From: Octopus bimaculoides
Lineage: Eukaryota
Direction: 5' to 3'
DNA length: 64,000 bases
Assembly (NCBI RefSeq): GCF_001194135.2
Contig: NC_068982.1
Coordinates: 129,358,105-129,422,104, forward strand
Shown here: one piece after another, positions 43,101-58,100 of the stretch
Layout: each line of letters starts with the position of its first letter
Position numbering within the stretch: position 1 is the first letter of the stretch
Program-made: the position numbers and the translations under genes
The notes under the pieces: generated by a model
What the model saw: only the letters and a program-made list of their open reading frames with translations
The model's database searches: none
Told to the model about the DNA's origin: nothing

Positions 43101-46100
43101 TAACATATTCAGCCTTAGTTGAATTCTTGCTTGCATGAAAATTTTAGAGAAACTTGTCCTTGTCATGCTGTTTGCAGATGACTGTGCACTTCTAGCATAC
43201 ACATGTATGGCCCTTCAAACAGTTATGCCTAGCTTAGCTAAGGCAGCCAAAGCCTTTGGCCTCACCATCAGTCTGTAGAAAACTGAAGTGCTTGTTCCAA
43301 AAACCACATACTAACTACCACAAATCGGCATAAAAAAACACTCCCTCAATGCAGTCAAACACTACCCTGAGGAGTGTCATTTCTAATGAAGCAACCTGTG
43401 AAAAGGAAGTTGACAACTGCAATGCCAAAGCCAACACCTCCTTTGGATGTCTACAGAAGAGTATATGGCAGAATAAATCACTGCATCTATCCACCAGAAT
43501 TAGAGTCTACAAGACAGTTGTCATTCTCTATGGGTCAGAAGTTTGGGTGCTCTACAGGAAGCAGGTCAAACAGCTGGAACACTTCCACCAGAGATGCCTT
43601 CACTTCATCATAGACATCTCATGGAGAAAATATGTCACCAACAATGAATATATATACATATATAAAATAGGCTTCTTCAGTTACAATCTACCTATTGCTT
43701 TCACAAGATACTGGTCAAACCACAATTATCATGGAGGATATTGGCCAACAACAACCATACAGTGGAACTGATCCCCTAACCACAGGTCTCTGAAGCAGAC
43801 TTCTTAACCACACAACCATACCTATACCTATTACACACACACACACACACACACATATATCTGAGAATGACCAGTGAACATTTCTTACAATATATTCTAA
43901 GAATAATCATGCTGTTATATATGAAACACAATATTGCTGAGACGCTTCCAAAAAAAGAAAAGTCGTTGGAAAACAGATCATAGCAGTGACTCCTTCTAAG
44001 AATATCTGAAGAAGGAATTGTATTCCGAAATATCATCGGACTATGGATAACTAATTTACAATAGGTATATAGTCCATTTCTTGTATTATAGTGCATTGTT
44101 GTACCATTCAAAACTTTTTTCTTTACAAACAATACACAATGTTTCAAGCGAACTACAATACTCTCCAATTTCAATACAAATTATATCATCTACCAAGATT
44201 TTAGTAAATTACATATTCAAATGTAATATGCTGTCCAGTAGAATTAAGGTAATATGTTCTCAAGTCAAACAGCAACAAACTCACCTGTTCCGAACTCTTG
44301 ATCAACAAAGTCATCACATACAATTGGAAGGCGTCTTTCAAGAAATGGATGCTGGACAAATTTCCCATGGAGGTGTTTGTAACGTTCATCATCAGGGTGG
44401 ACAGCAACTGCTGTGTCTCCCAGCATTGTTTCAACACGTGTTGTAGCAACAATTATTTTTTCATCTATGTTCATCAGTTAAATTAAATTAAAAATCATAA
44501 ATTAGAACAAAAGGAAACTTAATTCAGTAGATCGTTCAAAGCAGTATTTCTTATGGAAAGGAGTCAGGGAAATGAGGTAGACATATTTCCATGGTTAATA
44601 AAATTAGGTGGTTTTGAAATTTTTTTTAAAATTGTCTAATACCACAGCAAAGAAAGATGAATTATATAGTTGCAAACTTTTTGTCTTCTTAATAATATAA
44701 AGGGAGAAGTGGGGGCAAAATATTTCACTATTTTTTAGAGGGGGTGGCTGTTATTTCTCATTTTGAGGCCCAGACTTATTTAAAGACATCACTATATGCA
44801 AATAGGAGTAAGATGGGGATGAGCCAATGTGAGAACCTTTATGTAGTCATTAGGCCTGCAAGAAATAACAGCCAAATGTCCCTCAACCATCTTAAGAAAA
44901 AATAGGAAGTATACATTGGACAATGAACACATTTCCTAAAATGTCTGATGGTTTGAAGGTCTGATCCTTTTTAATTGTTTTACTTAAAAAGGTGAGTTTC
45001 CCCTTTCTGTATGTGACAAATATTTCATTAATATTTTAATTGGAAGTAAAAAGGGAGACCAAGTAAAACCAATCATATTTTCTTCAATGTTAGGAAAGGG
45101 AAACATTCAGAGCTGTAGATCCAGAGGACTGCAAAAGCAGCTTAAAATGTCCGACTAAGACATTTAGTAAACAAAAAAATAAGGCAAAATTTGTTGAACA
45201 GCAATCACATTGCTCTGCAACTTCATTCAGCCTGTCTTGCTGCCAACAACTCCAATCTTACTTAAAGGAAAACTCAATAGAGTAGGAAGGAGATAATAAA
45301 GTATAAATAAAGAAATATGTCCCAAATAGATGTTAAATTTAACAAACAAAACAGTAATGCTCAGAACATCATCCCTACCTGAGTCTACTACAGGATAGGC
45401 AAATGAGACAAGAACTCCAAATTCAACTTTGTCTTTATAGTTAGGTACAGCAAGGAAAGTACGTCCACTTATTTCTTTTTTATCTACCTGGAAATATATT
45501 TAAAACGAATAACACAATAAATATTCACTACAGGAAATTGTCCATCTAATTACATGCAAATACTCCTGATGAAAAAGTAAAAAGAACAATGATTGTTTTC
45601 CCTTGTATCAATCATTACAAAGAAAAGAAAAGAAAAGTTCATCTTTTGATGATTTCTGTGAAAGCAAATTTAAAATTTATCTCCATTTTATCTTTTTAAA
45701 TTTGGATATTTGCTTATTGTTGACATTTTAGATTTCAGTGAATTTCTTATTTTTAAAAGCTCAATTATTATTAAGAAGATTAACTCTAATTATCAGTTAA
45801 GCAATAACTAAGCATTTCGTCTCGGTTCTCATGTCAGGAGGCAGTATCTGTGACAAAATGAAAACAGATACAATGTAGAACATAGGCTTAGACTTAGGTC
45901 TGTCATCAATCTCAGGACTCATAAAGCTAAAGTTTGACATGGTTTCCATGGTATATAAGTGACTGAGATTACAACATTCACCACTGAATGAGACACCAGT
46001 CTGTTGCAGGGTTAGCTTCCCAGCTTTTATTGGAACTCATTTACAACTGACTGTACTGGAACAATGTGAAATGAAGCTTTCTGCTCAAGAACATAATACA

Positions 46101-49100
46101 CCACCCAGTTCAAGAATTGAAATTACAATCTTACAATCACAAGTGCAATACACTATCCACTAGATCACACACTTTCGTTTTAGAGCATACTTGAAGAAAA
46201 AAACATAAAATATGTTTCTATGCAACGAATGCCAAATCTCTCCATACTACCATCATAAGAATATATTATTACAAAATAATTAAAAAGTAGAAATGTACCT
46301 CAATATCTGAAATAGCAGAATTCAAAGTACAAGACCAATTTACAAGTCTGACACTGCGATAAATCAATTTCCGTTGATGCAAACGGACAAAAGCTTCAGT
46401 GACAGCACGGCACAATTTCTAGAAATAGAAAGAAAAGCAACATGAGGAAACTTGAAAAAAAAAAGAAGAAAAAGTAAAATGTTATGTAAGTATAATATGC
46501 AAGTTCAAGAACTGAATGTGTTACAAGAAACAAAAATAATACACTGAGCTCAGATATCTATTTTGAGAACTACAATGATCTGAATTGATTAAAAATAAAT
46601 AATTAAATTTACGTTAAAATTCCATCACACACATATCATCATCGTTTAACGTCCGCTTTCCATGCTAGCATGGGTTGGACGGTTTGACTGAGGACTGGCG
46701 AGCCAGAAGGCTGCACCAAGCTCAATCTGATCTGGCAAAGTTTCTACAGCTGGATGCCCTTCCTAACACCAACCATTCAGAGAGTGTGGTGGGTGCTTTT
46801 ACGTGCCAGTCAGGCGGCTCTCGCAACGACCACACTCAAAAGGTGTTTTTTACGTGCTACCTGCACGGGTGCCAATCTGTGGCCCTGGCAACGATCACAC
46901 TCGGATATACTTTTAACGTTCCACTGGCATGAGTGCCAATCAGGCAGTACTGTCATCAGCCACGTCAGCAATTTTGATTTTGATTTCACTTGCCTCAACA
47001 GGTCTTCACAAGCAAAGTTTATTGTCCAATGAATGAGGGGTACCCATAAGTGGGCTGCTTACACTGGCATAGGCCGTGGGTTATGGTCTCACTTGGCTTG
47101 TCAGGTCTTCTCAAGTACAGCTTATCTCCAAAGGTCTTGGTCACTAGTCATTGCCTCAGTAAGGCCCAATGTTCAAAGATCGTAAACTAAAAATACATGA
47201 TACCCACTCATTTTTGACAAAATTCAGTTAGCCACTACAAAGAACAAGACAGGTTCCTTTGATAAGTCAAAATCATAACCAGGGAATTATAGAATATTCT
47301 GGTCATTTTATAAGATCTTTCATTACTTCCAGGAAGAATTTATGCTCAATTTAATTTTCAGATTAAAGACAATTTTATTATTAAACAGCTCTTAGTGAAG
47401 CATAACTCTAACCATTTATAAAATACTAGCAGAAATACCCGGCGTTGCCCGAGTTAAAGAGAATAATGAAATCTAAAAATGCCGTCTAGACTACGCATCA
47501 TCTTTATATATAGAGATGTATATACACACACGCACCCAAACACACGTATATTTATGTATATCAATATAAATATATGAAAGTCAATGAAGTTTCGTAAAAG
47601 AAGGTGATCATGTACATACTTTCTTGCTGTTGTGATTATAACACCTCATTGTAAACTATGTTCCTTGTTTTCCCTTGTGGAGCATATACAAATAGGTTTT
47701 TTGTTGCTGCCCACTCTTGAGCAGCCAACATACAGTTGTCCATGTGAGAAGCAGGGCTCTTCCAAGAGAAGACCAGCTACNNNNNNNNNNNNNNNNNNNN
47801 NNNNNNNNNNNNNNNNNNNNNNNNNNNNNNNNNNNNNNNNNNNNNNNNNNNNNNNNNNNNNNNNNNNNNNNNNNNNNNNNNNNNNNNNNNNNNNNNNNNN
47901 NNNNNNNNNNNNNNNNNNNNNNNNNNNNNNNNNNNNNNNNNNNNNNNNNNNNNNNNNNNNNNNNNNNNNNNNNNNNNNNNNNNNNNNNNNNNNNNNNNNN
48001 NNNNNNNNNNNNNNNNNNNNNNNNNNNNNNNNNNNNNNNNNNNNNNNNNNNNNNNNNNNNNNNNNNNNNNNNNNNNNNNNNNNNNNNNNNNNNNNNNNNN
48101 NNNNNNNNNNNNNNNNNNNNNNNNNNNNNNNNNNNNNNNNNNNNNNNNNNNNNNNNNNNNNNNNNNNNNNNNNNNNNNNNNNNNNNNNNNNNNNNNNNNN
48201 NNNNNNNNNNNNNNNNNNNNNNNNNNNNNNNNNNNNNNNNNNNNNNNNNNNNNNNNNNNNNNNNNNNNNNNNNNNNNNNNNNNNNNNNNNNNNNNNNNNN
48301 NNNNNNNNNNNNNNNNNNNNNNNNNNNNNNNNNNNNNNNNNNNNNNNNNNNNNNNNNNNNNNNNNNNNNCTTTCTGTCTCTCTCTTTCTCTCTTTCTCTC
48401 TCTGTGAAAGTATCTGTCACTACAGTATTGAAATGTGATTGTTTCGGTTAGTGGAATAGTTTCATTTTTAAAGTGAAAGTATTTGACATGAGTGTTTTTG
48501 TTTCACTTTTGACACGTAATACTTAAATAGTGGAGGAGACATTATGTTGCCGTGTGCTCGAACTCTGCAAGAAGTTAATAATTTTTTTTGACTAAAACAC
48601 AACTGGAACCCTAAGTAAGGCATGTGTAAAATTTGAATGAAATTGGTTGCGTAGTTCTCGAGTTTTAGGGATTCACACAGACAGACAGACAGACAGACAC
48701 ACATTCTCATTTTTATATATATAGATACTCACAAACACACACACTCCTCCTCCTCTTCATCATCATTATTTTAACTGATACTTTTCCATGCTTACATAAG
48801 TCAGATGGGATTCAGTGAAGCAGATTTTCTATGACTGGATACTCCACTTGTCACTTACCCTCTGTTTCCATGCAAGATAATATTTTCCCCCTAGTCTGGA
48901 CATGTTTTTGCAGAAGATTGCAAACAAAGAACACTGCCTATATGACAGATGTTTTGTTTACAATTAGTACATGATACCAAGACAAAGGGACATAGCCTTT
49001 TAATTCCATTATATGATGATGATGATCATCATCATCATCGTTTAACGTCCGCTTTCCATGCTAGCATGGGTTGGACGATTTGACTGAGGACTGGTGAAAC

Positions 49101-52100
49101 CGGATGGCAACACCAGGCTCCAATCTAATTTGGCAGAGTTTCTACAGCTGGATGCCCTTCCTAACGCCAACCACTCAGAGAGTGTAGTGGGTGCTTTTAC
49201 GTGTCACCCGCACGAAAACAGCCACGCTCGAAATGGTGTCTTTTATGTGCCACCCGCACAAGCCAGTCCAGGGGCACTGGCAACGATCTCACTCGAAAAT
49301 CCTACGGGAGCCAGTCAGGCGGTACTGGCAACGGCCACGCTCAAAATGGTGCATCTCATGTGCCACCCGCACAAGAGCCAGTCCAGGGGCACTGGCAACG
49401 ATCTCACTTGGCTTGCCGGGTCTTCTCAAGCACAGCACATTTCCAAAGGTCTATGGCCTTCAAAAAAATATTGTCTTGTAGTTCAAAATGAACACTCCTA
49501 TCTTTCAGCCTCTAAATTAGGTTGATAGTGAACTTGCATTCCTAACAGTCAGATTTCAAAACATATGATGATGCATATGACATTTCATCTTAAATCTATT
49601 GATAAAAATCCCATATAAAGCCTTACTAAATCATAAGGAAAACCATTCTTTTACTTCTTACAAACCTTTTCGTGAAGTGAAGTCATTTTTAACTACTGTT
49701 CCTTCTACCCAAATACTGAAGTTTTTATCTGTCTTAACACAGTACACAATGGAATGTACATCCCACTATATGTTGCACATTATTTTGCTGAAATCTTTAT
49801 AGTATACAATATGACATTTTTTTTTACTTCATTTTAGTTATAAAAGCAACAATCTCAACATATTATTTCTTTACTTATAGAAGTTGAAGGAAATTATTGT
49901 TACATGCAGAAAGTCAACCAAAACTCATTTCTTCTTTTACTCTCAGAAGGTTTCCAGTGAATAAATTCACCAGGTTTTCCTTCTTTGTTATATTAATGTT
50001 TTCTAATACAATCACAATACCAGATTTATGGAGAAGAATAGAGTTAATTCAACCCAGCATTTAATTTATACTTATTTCAAAGGGATGAGGTGCTATGTTG
50101 ACCTCAGAAGAAATTGAACTATGAATGTGAAGAGACTTTAAATACCACAAGGCATTTTGTCTGATGATCTACCAATTCTGCAATTCTATTTCTTTCTCAA
50201 TTAATAAAGATTTTTAACATAAGAACATGGCCACAAATTTGAGGGATGGGTGTAGTTAATATGAAGCTCATCCCATAAGGACAAAAGACAAAGTCCGCCC
50301 TAGAATGTAATAGGACAGGACTAAGTATGCAAGGTATTTTCTCCAACAATCTAATGACTCTGCTAATCCACAACTCTCTTATTGAGATTAAATAAGATGT
50401 CCTATAAATACCGCTTATTTATAGGACCAGCTCCCATCATGGAAATAGTGAAATATTTTGGCCTTTCTTTATTTATGAGAAGACAAAATTGAATGTGCTA
50501 CTGTATAATTATTCTCTCTACATGCCCTTGATTTCTTAGAACGATGTCTCTAAATAACAGGGCATCTTAATTTCATTAATATGGCAATATGTTTGCTGCT
50601 TTTTAAATTCTCACAGCTTCCTTTTAGAGAGTATGTGGCTTCCCCTTTCTCCATCACCACCACATCACAAGAAACAGTGTTATAAGTTAAATGTTTACAT
50701 ACTTAACAGCCTGGTACAGAAAGTTCAAATACTCTATAGTCTCATTTTCAATAGCCTAAAACTAGGTTATACTTTCAGTTATGTGGAAATTTGGTTATCT
50801 TTCTGATCACAAACACGTTTCAAGAATTAATGTCAATATCTGCTACAGACTTGATAGAACCAAAAATGAATAGCAAGGCTCTTCTGAGTGATTTAGTTTT
50901 TCAATCTGAAGTATTGATGTTATAAATAAAATACTGGCAAATATAAGAGCTTACAGGGTCCATAGTAAAACAAGTGCGGTCCCAATCCAGAGAGCTACCC
51001 AACATCCGTAGCTGGTGATAAATTCTGTCTCCTTTCCTTTAGAAAACAAAAAAAAACATTCAAGACATATCTAAGAGTATATACACACACACACATATAA
51101 CATACATATATGTGTATACATAAACACACACAAATACAATACACATATAATACATACATATAAGTATGCTTGAGGCACAAACAGCTACTAAAAATAAATT
51201 TGAATAGAAAGCCATTTAACCCTTTTGACACCAGCCTACCTGAGACTACCCCTAGTTCTCTAATACAAGATTCTTGTTTTAAAGTGATACAAATTAAAAT
51301 CCTTCATCAAAATTCTATGTTATTTTAAGTTCCAAACACCAAACAAAATTATTAATAAATTCATCATTATCATCATCAACGACAGCAACAACATCATTTA
51401 ATGTCCATTGTCCATGCTGGTATAGGTTGGACGGTATGACCAGAGCTGGCAAGCTGAGGAGCTGCACCAGACTCCAGTCTGATTTGGCATGGTTTCTACA
51501 GCTGGATGCTCTTCCTAATGCCAACCACTTTACAGAGTGTGCTGGGTGCTTTTACACGATGCTATATGTACTTTTACATGATGCCACATGTGTACTTTTA
51601 CATGGCACCAAATGAACGCTTTTACATAGCACCGCATGGGCACTTTTACAGGGCACTGCAAGGGCACTATTATGTGATGCCACATGGGTGCTTTTATGTG
51701 GCACCACCGCAAGGGCACTTTTATATGACACCACATGGGTGCTTTTATGTGGCACCACTGCAAGTGCTTTACACCACCAGCAGGATCAGTATTAACACTT
51801 CTGCTGTGGGGTAACAAAATTAATTGAAACAAAAGCAAGGCATTTCAGCAAAAATATGGTAAGAAAAAGGTTACTAAAGCATATATTAAGTGAATCGTAT
51901 ATTCATATGATTAACTTGCTATACAGTGATACTGGCTGTATTAGTATTTCTAAACTAAACAGTAAAGACAACTTTTTGGTAACTTCAAGACTTGTCATCA
52001 CAGGGCATATTTAGTTGTAACAGAAATGTCTGTGAGTGGAGCTAGAGAATACTATAGATTGAGCTTCATTAACCTTTTTGATGCCAACCCACCAGAACTA

Positions 52101-55100
52101 GCTCTTAGTTCTATGTTACAAATTCCCTTTTTTGTCGTTGATTCTGAATTAAAACTGCCATTAAAATTTCATGTTAATTTATATTCCAAACTACAGTTCA
52201 ATAATGATTGTTATTTTAACTTTGATTTTTCTAAATATAGTTGGTATATTAAATTAATTAACGTATCAACTATCATCATCATCATCATCATCATCAGAAA
52301 TCAAATATGACACATTGGAAAATGGCTTAAGTGGAGAATAGTGAAAATAATGAATTTTAATAACTAAATGCATTCTCAGATGCTTTTATGCAGTATTACT
52401 TCCATCCATTTATAAAATTAGAAACTGTTATTTTTACAATTTTCTTTTTTTTCCTAGTCTACCAACTGAGTCAAAAATGTAATGCTAACTTAAAGATGCT
52501 TCCATAAATAAACTGGTATTCCTCAGAATATGTCTTCCAATTACTGAGGAAAAACACATGATGACAAAATGTTCCTTACTCATTTTTCCATTTCCATACT
52601 TCTTTTAGAAAGTTTTCTCTACCAAGTTCATGTCGAGTGATACCCTGTTCTTTAAAAATTTTCTTCTCCACCACAACTTGTGTAGCAATACCTGCATGGT
52701 CACAACCAGGATTCCACAGCGTTGCTTTACCGTTCATGCGATGCCTGAGAAAATTAAAAAGGAACATTGGAAATTAACCTCCAATAAGAACAAAATAAAT
52801 AGCTGGTAGTAATTTTATGCATGTCTTGAACATATAGCACTATAAAATGCAAAAACAGTTTAATAATAATAATAACGAGCTTATTGTAGACAGTGCTCAG
52901 GTACACTATAACTCATCAGGAAATATTAAAAAAAGGGGACAGAAAGTGGACATATAAATCCAATAAAGAAGACAGCAATGAAAGCTAGAAGTACATGCAC
53001 ACTGCCCATAATAAAACACAGTAAGATAAAAAAAAAAGAGAGAGAGAGAGAAATATATTGACTATTTAAATAAGAGAACAAGAAATCATCATCATCACCA
53101 TCATCGTTTAACGTTCGCTTTCCATGCTAGCATGAGTTGGATGATTTGACTGAGGACTGGTGAACCAGATGGCTACACCAGACTCCAATCTGATTTGGCA
53201 GAGTTTCTACAGCTGGATGCCTTTCCTAATGCCAACCACTCCGAGAGTGTAGTGGGTGTGCTTTTACGTGCCACTGGTATGAAGGCCAGTCAGATGGTAC
53301 TGGCAACGGCCACGCTCAAAATGGTGTATTTTACATGCCACCTGCACAGGAGCCAGTCCAGCGGCACTGGCAACGATCTCGCTTGAATGACTTTTCACGT
53401 GCCACCAGCACAAATGCCAGGAAGGCGATATTCATAATTTAGTATTGCTCCAGCAAAAATTTATAAAAACAAACATTATCACAATCAGCAAAAATTGAGC
53501 TAGTTGCTTCATTTGCTTTATTTTAAGTTATACTAACTCGATTTGTTTTATATTTCCTGAGTTTTTTGTTTTTTGGCTCAGTGATAGAACAAGATACATA
53601 AAGTTGGTTTTTAGTTTAAATTATTGCAAGTATGTTGTTCAGAAAACCATACACAGGATCCAAAAAGGAGCAGTTCTACAAGGAAGGGTTGCTTAAATTT
53701 TTTGTCTAAATCTGTTGGGATGAAACAGATGAAAGGTAATGTGTATTGTACAAAGAGTGAGACTACGTGGATATATAATATAACTAACATATTTGGAAAA
53801 TATATCGAAGGGAGAGAGTGGTGGGGGAAGAGCAGATAAATGTGAACAATAGGAGAATCATTGCCAAACCAGCAAAGTTTTCTTTTAGTTATTGATTAAG
53901 AATGGGTGTGTTTATATTTGTGAGATGGATACACTATTACTGATGTGTAACAGTATGGTATAGAAAATAATTAGTAATGGGCTAGCAATTAATCAGAATT
54001 GAAGTATTTTTGGATTCCACAGAGGAAAAAAGGTAAAATAAGTGTTACATGTCCACTATTTCATTTAAAGAACGAAGAAACATGCCTTCAGATGTTCTTT
54101 GATCAAAATAGAAACAATTAAATCAGAAACAATAAAATACACATAAGAAATGAAATATGTAAATATGGATTAGAATTAAGAGGAGTAGTAACAGAAAGAA
54201 AACCTCAGATCAATGTAGAATTTCTTTAAACAATTATTTATCTGAATATGAAGATAATTTTACAAAGGAGAAACTAAATTTTAAAACAAATATTCCAAAA
54301 ACTGAAACAAAATATCAACAAACCATCTTGTTATGGTATCTTCAACAGCATTAGTTAAAGCATGGCCTAAATGAAGGGAACCAGTTACATTTGGTGGAGG
54401 AATGACCATAATGAATTTTTCAGGTGGTGAACCTCCTTTGTTTTGAGACTGAAAAAATAACAATTAACATAAAGAATTTGTGATCTTGTGAGAATTAAGT
54501 ATTGATATTTTATTCTTTATTTCTTTTTAAAGTTAATAGTTTTCATTTTTTTAAATAACATCAAAGATTGTGATCCGGTTACTATATACCAGTAAGTTTC
54601 ATAAAGCAGTAGTGTGACAATTAATTTTAAAAAAACCTCTAATTCAGCACCAGTGAGTAGTCAGAAAAAAAAATGGATGAACGAGAGTTATTGTCTAAAA
54701 TTAATAATATACATTTGGCAAGTTAATAATGTAAAGACAGAAGAGTAGATGAGAAAAAAATATTGTCACAGATATATACATATTTACATTCTATTAAGTT
54801 AGCAAGAACATTCTATATTATTAAAACTTATTGTTTATACAACATTATTGAAAGAATAAGGTAGCAAAATTGGTTGCAATGATGGACTAAAAACTCCCTA
54901 TCTAAACTATGCTAGCATAAAAATAAAAGTTTTTAAAATTGAAGCATAAACAACTTACTAAAGCATATTCTGGCTTGAAATAGCCACATTTAACCCACCA
55001 GTCATACCAAGCAGCTTCCACATACTGTGGGCTGTATGCATCTGGCATAGAACATTTGGTATCTGAATAAAGAAAAAAAAAAAGAAATTCTAAAAAAAAA

Positions 55101-58100
55101 ATCTAGTTTTTAGACTGGAATGTTTTTCAAAGGGGGTTCCATGAAAATAAATTGGGGAGTTCTATAAAATAAGGGATCTTTTAATAAAACTGTAAAAAAA
55201 CTTATTCTATAAAAAAAAAAATTCATTATTTCAAAGTAATGAATAAATTTTTGTTCCATTTAAGGTCTTACTAGATTAGTAGGGGTGTCTGCAAAATATT
55301 GATAAGGGTTCAGTGATTTAAAAAAAATCGGAACCCGTGGAAGAGGTAGGCCCAGGAAGACCTGGGCTGAGGTGGTGAGGCAAGACCTTCGTACATTGGG
55401 CCTCACCGAGGCGATGACTACTGACCGAGACCTTTGGAAATGTGCTGTGCGTGAGAAGACCCGGCAAGCCAAGTGAGATCGTTGCCAGTGCCCCTGGACT
55501 GGCTCTTGTGCGGGTGGCACATGAGATGCACCATTTTGAGCGTGGCCGTTGCCAGTACCGCCTGACTGGCTCCCGTAGGATTTTCGAGTGAGATCGTTGC
55601 CAGTGCCCCTGGACTGGCTTGTGCGGGTGGCACATAAAAGACACCATTTCGAGCGTGGCCGTTTTCGTGCGGGTGACATGTAAAAGCACCCACTACACTC
55701 TCTGAGTGGTTGGCGTTAGGAAGGGCATCCAGCTGTAGAAACTCTGCCAAATTAGATTGGAGCCTGGTGTTGCCATCCGGTTTCACCAGTCCTCAGTCAA
55801 ATCGTCCAACCCATGCTAGCATGGAAAGCGGACGTTAAACGATGATGATGATGATGATGATATAAGGGTTCCTCAACAAAATAAGTTTGGCAACTGCTGC
55901 ACTAATGGGCCTCACAAGAAATTACTATTAATGGTTTTCATTGTTTTATTTGCTTGAATACATTGGTTTTCTGTTTATAGTACACACATTGCACTGTTCT
56001 ACTATGATGTTATTTTGTGATGAACCTTAAGACTAATAATGTCTTAGTTTTTATTTAGGATTCATTTGAGGAGTTTCAACTTCACTGGTTGGTTAGGGTT
56101 AGGGTTAGGGTTAGGGTTAGAAGTTAAAGTTTAAAAGATTAAGATTCTGTAAAATGTCTAAAGCAAACACTGCAAAGCTTGCCTTTGATGGTAGATTACT
56201 TCAATCGGGCCTTAAACAATTTTAAATTCGTTTGCAAGTAGGATGCTAATAAATTTAATTAGAAGCAAAGCCTGTTAGAATAATTAGGAAGAAATGGTTG
56301 TTACTTGACGAATGATACAAACAAAAATGCAGTCTAAATTATTCTGAAATGCTAGGTTAGGAAATAACAAATAAGAGTGTTGTTAATGGATAGCTAACTG
56401 TCATCATGGCCAAGCATGGTTCAGTAACCTTTACCATGCTTTTGCTAGTCGTTTTCAATGACTATATAGTTGTGAGCAGACACAAACACTTTCTCAGCCC
56501 CAAGTGTGCTGCATCAGTACTCTGGCTGGTGCTCATATTCAGCTGAGTAGACTGGAGTAATCTCAAATGAAATGTCTTGCTCAGGGGCACAATGCACTAA
56601 CTAGTACAAGAATCAAACATGACTTTACAACTGTGATTCGAACATCCTAACTACTAGACCACTGACTTTTACACATTCTGTTTATAATACAGTAAGAAGT
56701 TATAGATTGGGATTTGAATAAAAGATTAAGAATTTTAAGATTAACAAAATATAAAAAGAGCTGGAATAAATATAAATAAAGAACACCATCAATTCACACC
56801 TGCCTTCTTTTAGAAGACAGACTTGTAATGGTGTTAAGCTAGATCCTCTCTAAATTCCTTCATGTAACAGTTTGATTGATTTTGCTTTTTCATAATGAAT
56901 ATAATTCAATACAATAATTGAAAGATTTAGAAATAAATATCAATAAATATAACCTGACAATATTCAGAATTTTGTAGCTGTAAAATATTCTGCAATAACA
57001 ACACTTTTATTTTTAGAAAGAAAATTGAATAAAAGCTTCCTTACCTTTTTTCTCACCCTTTGGCGTTTGAACATCATAGGTTATAATGGCTCGGTCTTTT
57101 ACCTTCTTTTCTTTTTTCTTCTATAATTAAAGAAAGAGATTGTGAGTAAACACATGACCATCATCATCATCACCATCATTTAATGTCCATTTTCCATGCT
57201 GGCATGGGTTGGACAGTTTGACCAGAGACCACATTAGGCTCTATTGTCTGTTCTGGCATGGTTTCTACAGGTGGATGCCCTTCCTAATGCCAACCACTCC
57301 ATAGAGTGCACTGGGTGCTTTTTATGCAGCACTAGCGCCAGTGCTTTTAATGTGGCACCATTTAACATCCACTTTTCCATGCCAGCATGAATCACATGGA
57401 ATTTGTTGAGGCAGATTTTCTATAGCCAGATACCATTCCTGTTACCAATCTACACTTGTTTCCAGGCAAAGTAATATTTCCCCATGACCAGATTATCATT
57501 GGAAACGAAGGACACTGTTTGCATTATGGTGACACTTGTTTACAACTATCACATGCTGTCAAGACAGGAAGATCATAACACACACACACACACACATGCA
57601 CACAGAGGCATCTTTCAGTTTCCAGCAACTAAATCCATTCACAAGGTTTTGATTGACTCAAAGCTATAGTAAAAGACACTTGCCCAAGATGTCCTCTAGT
57701 ATGAAGATTGTTTTTTACAGTCACCTTGACTGGGATTGAATAGGTAAGAGGATTCTAATTTGGACAGTTAGAGTTCTTGCAGGCTGTGCAAAGCTTTGCA
57801 ATTGTAATCATTTTTGAGATGGTTAAAAATTACCTCCTAACTGGGTATGATTGATGATTTTTTTTCCAAGTAATGTAAGAAGTATTCTTCGTTTGTATTG
57901 CAGCACTTGTGTAAGTGATGTTTTTTGTAAGCCTGCAGTATTGAGTTCAAATTCTGCCATGATGGTGGCTTGGTATTGGATGGGATTTGTCAATCTACCT
58001 TATGTTAGACATTACATGATGATTATAGATTTATAGGACTGAATTTAACTTTCTCCAGTGAACAAATTGTTAAATAGGATGCAAAACAAATTACAGTAAA

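Noticed and set aside
49094-49525. 120-190 aa ORFs ([11 protein letters not shown]...) recurring at 21142, 49094 and 55418
   Set aside because: Antisense reading of an RTE 3' UTR; the recurrence reflects repeat copies, not a gene family.
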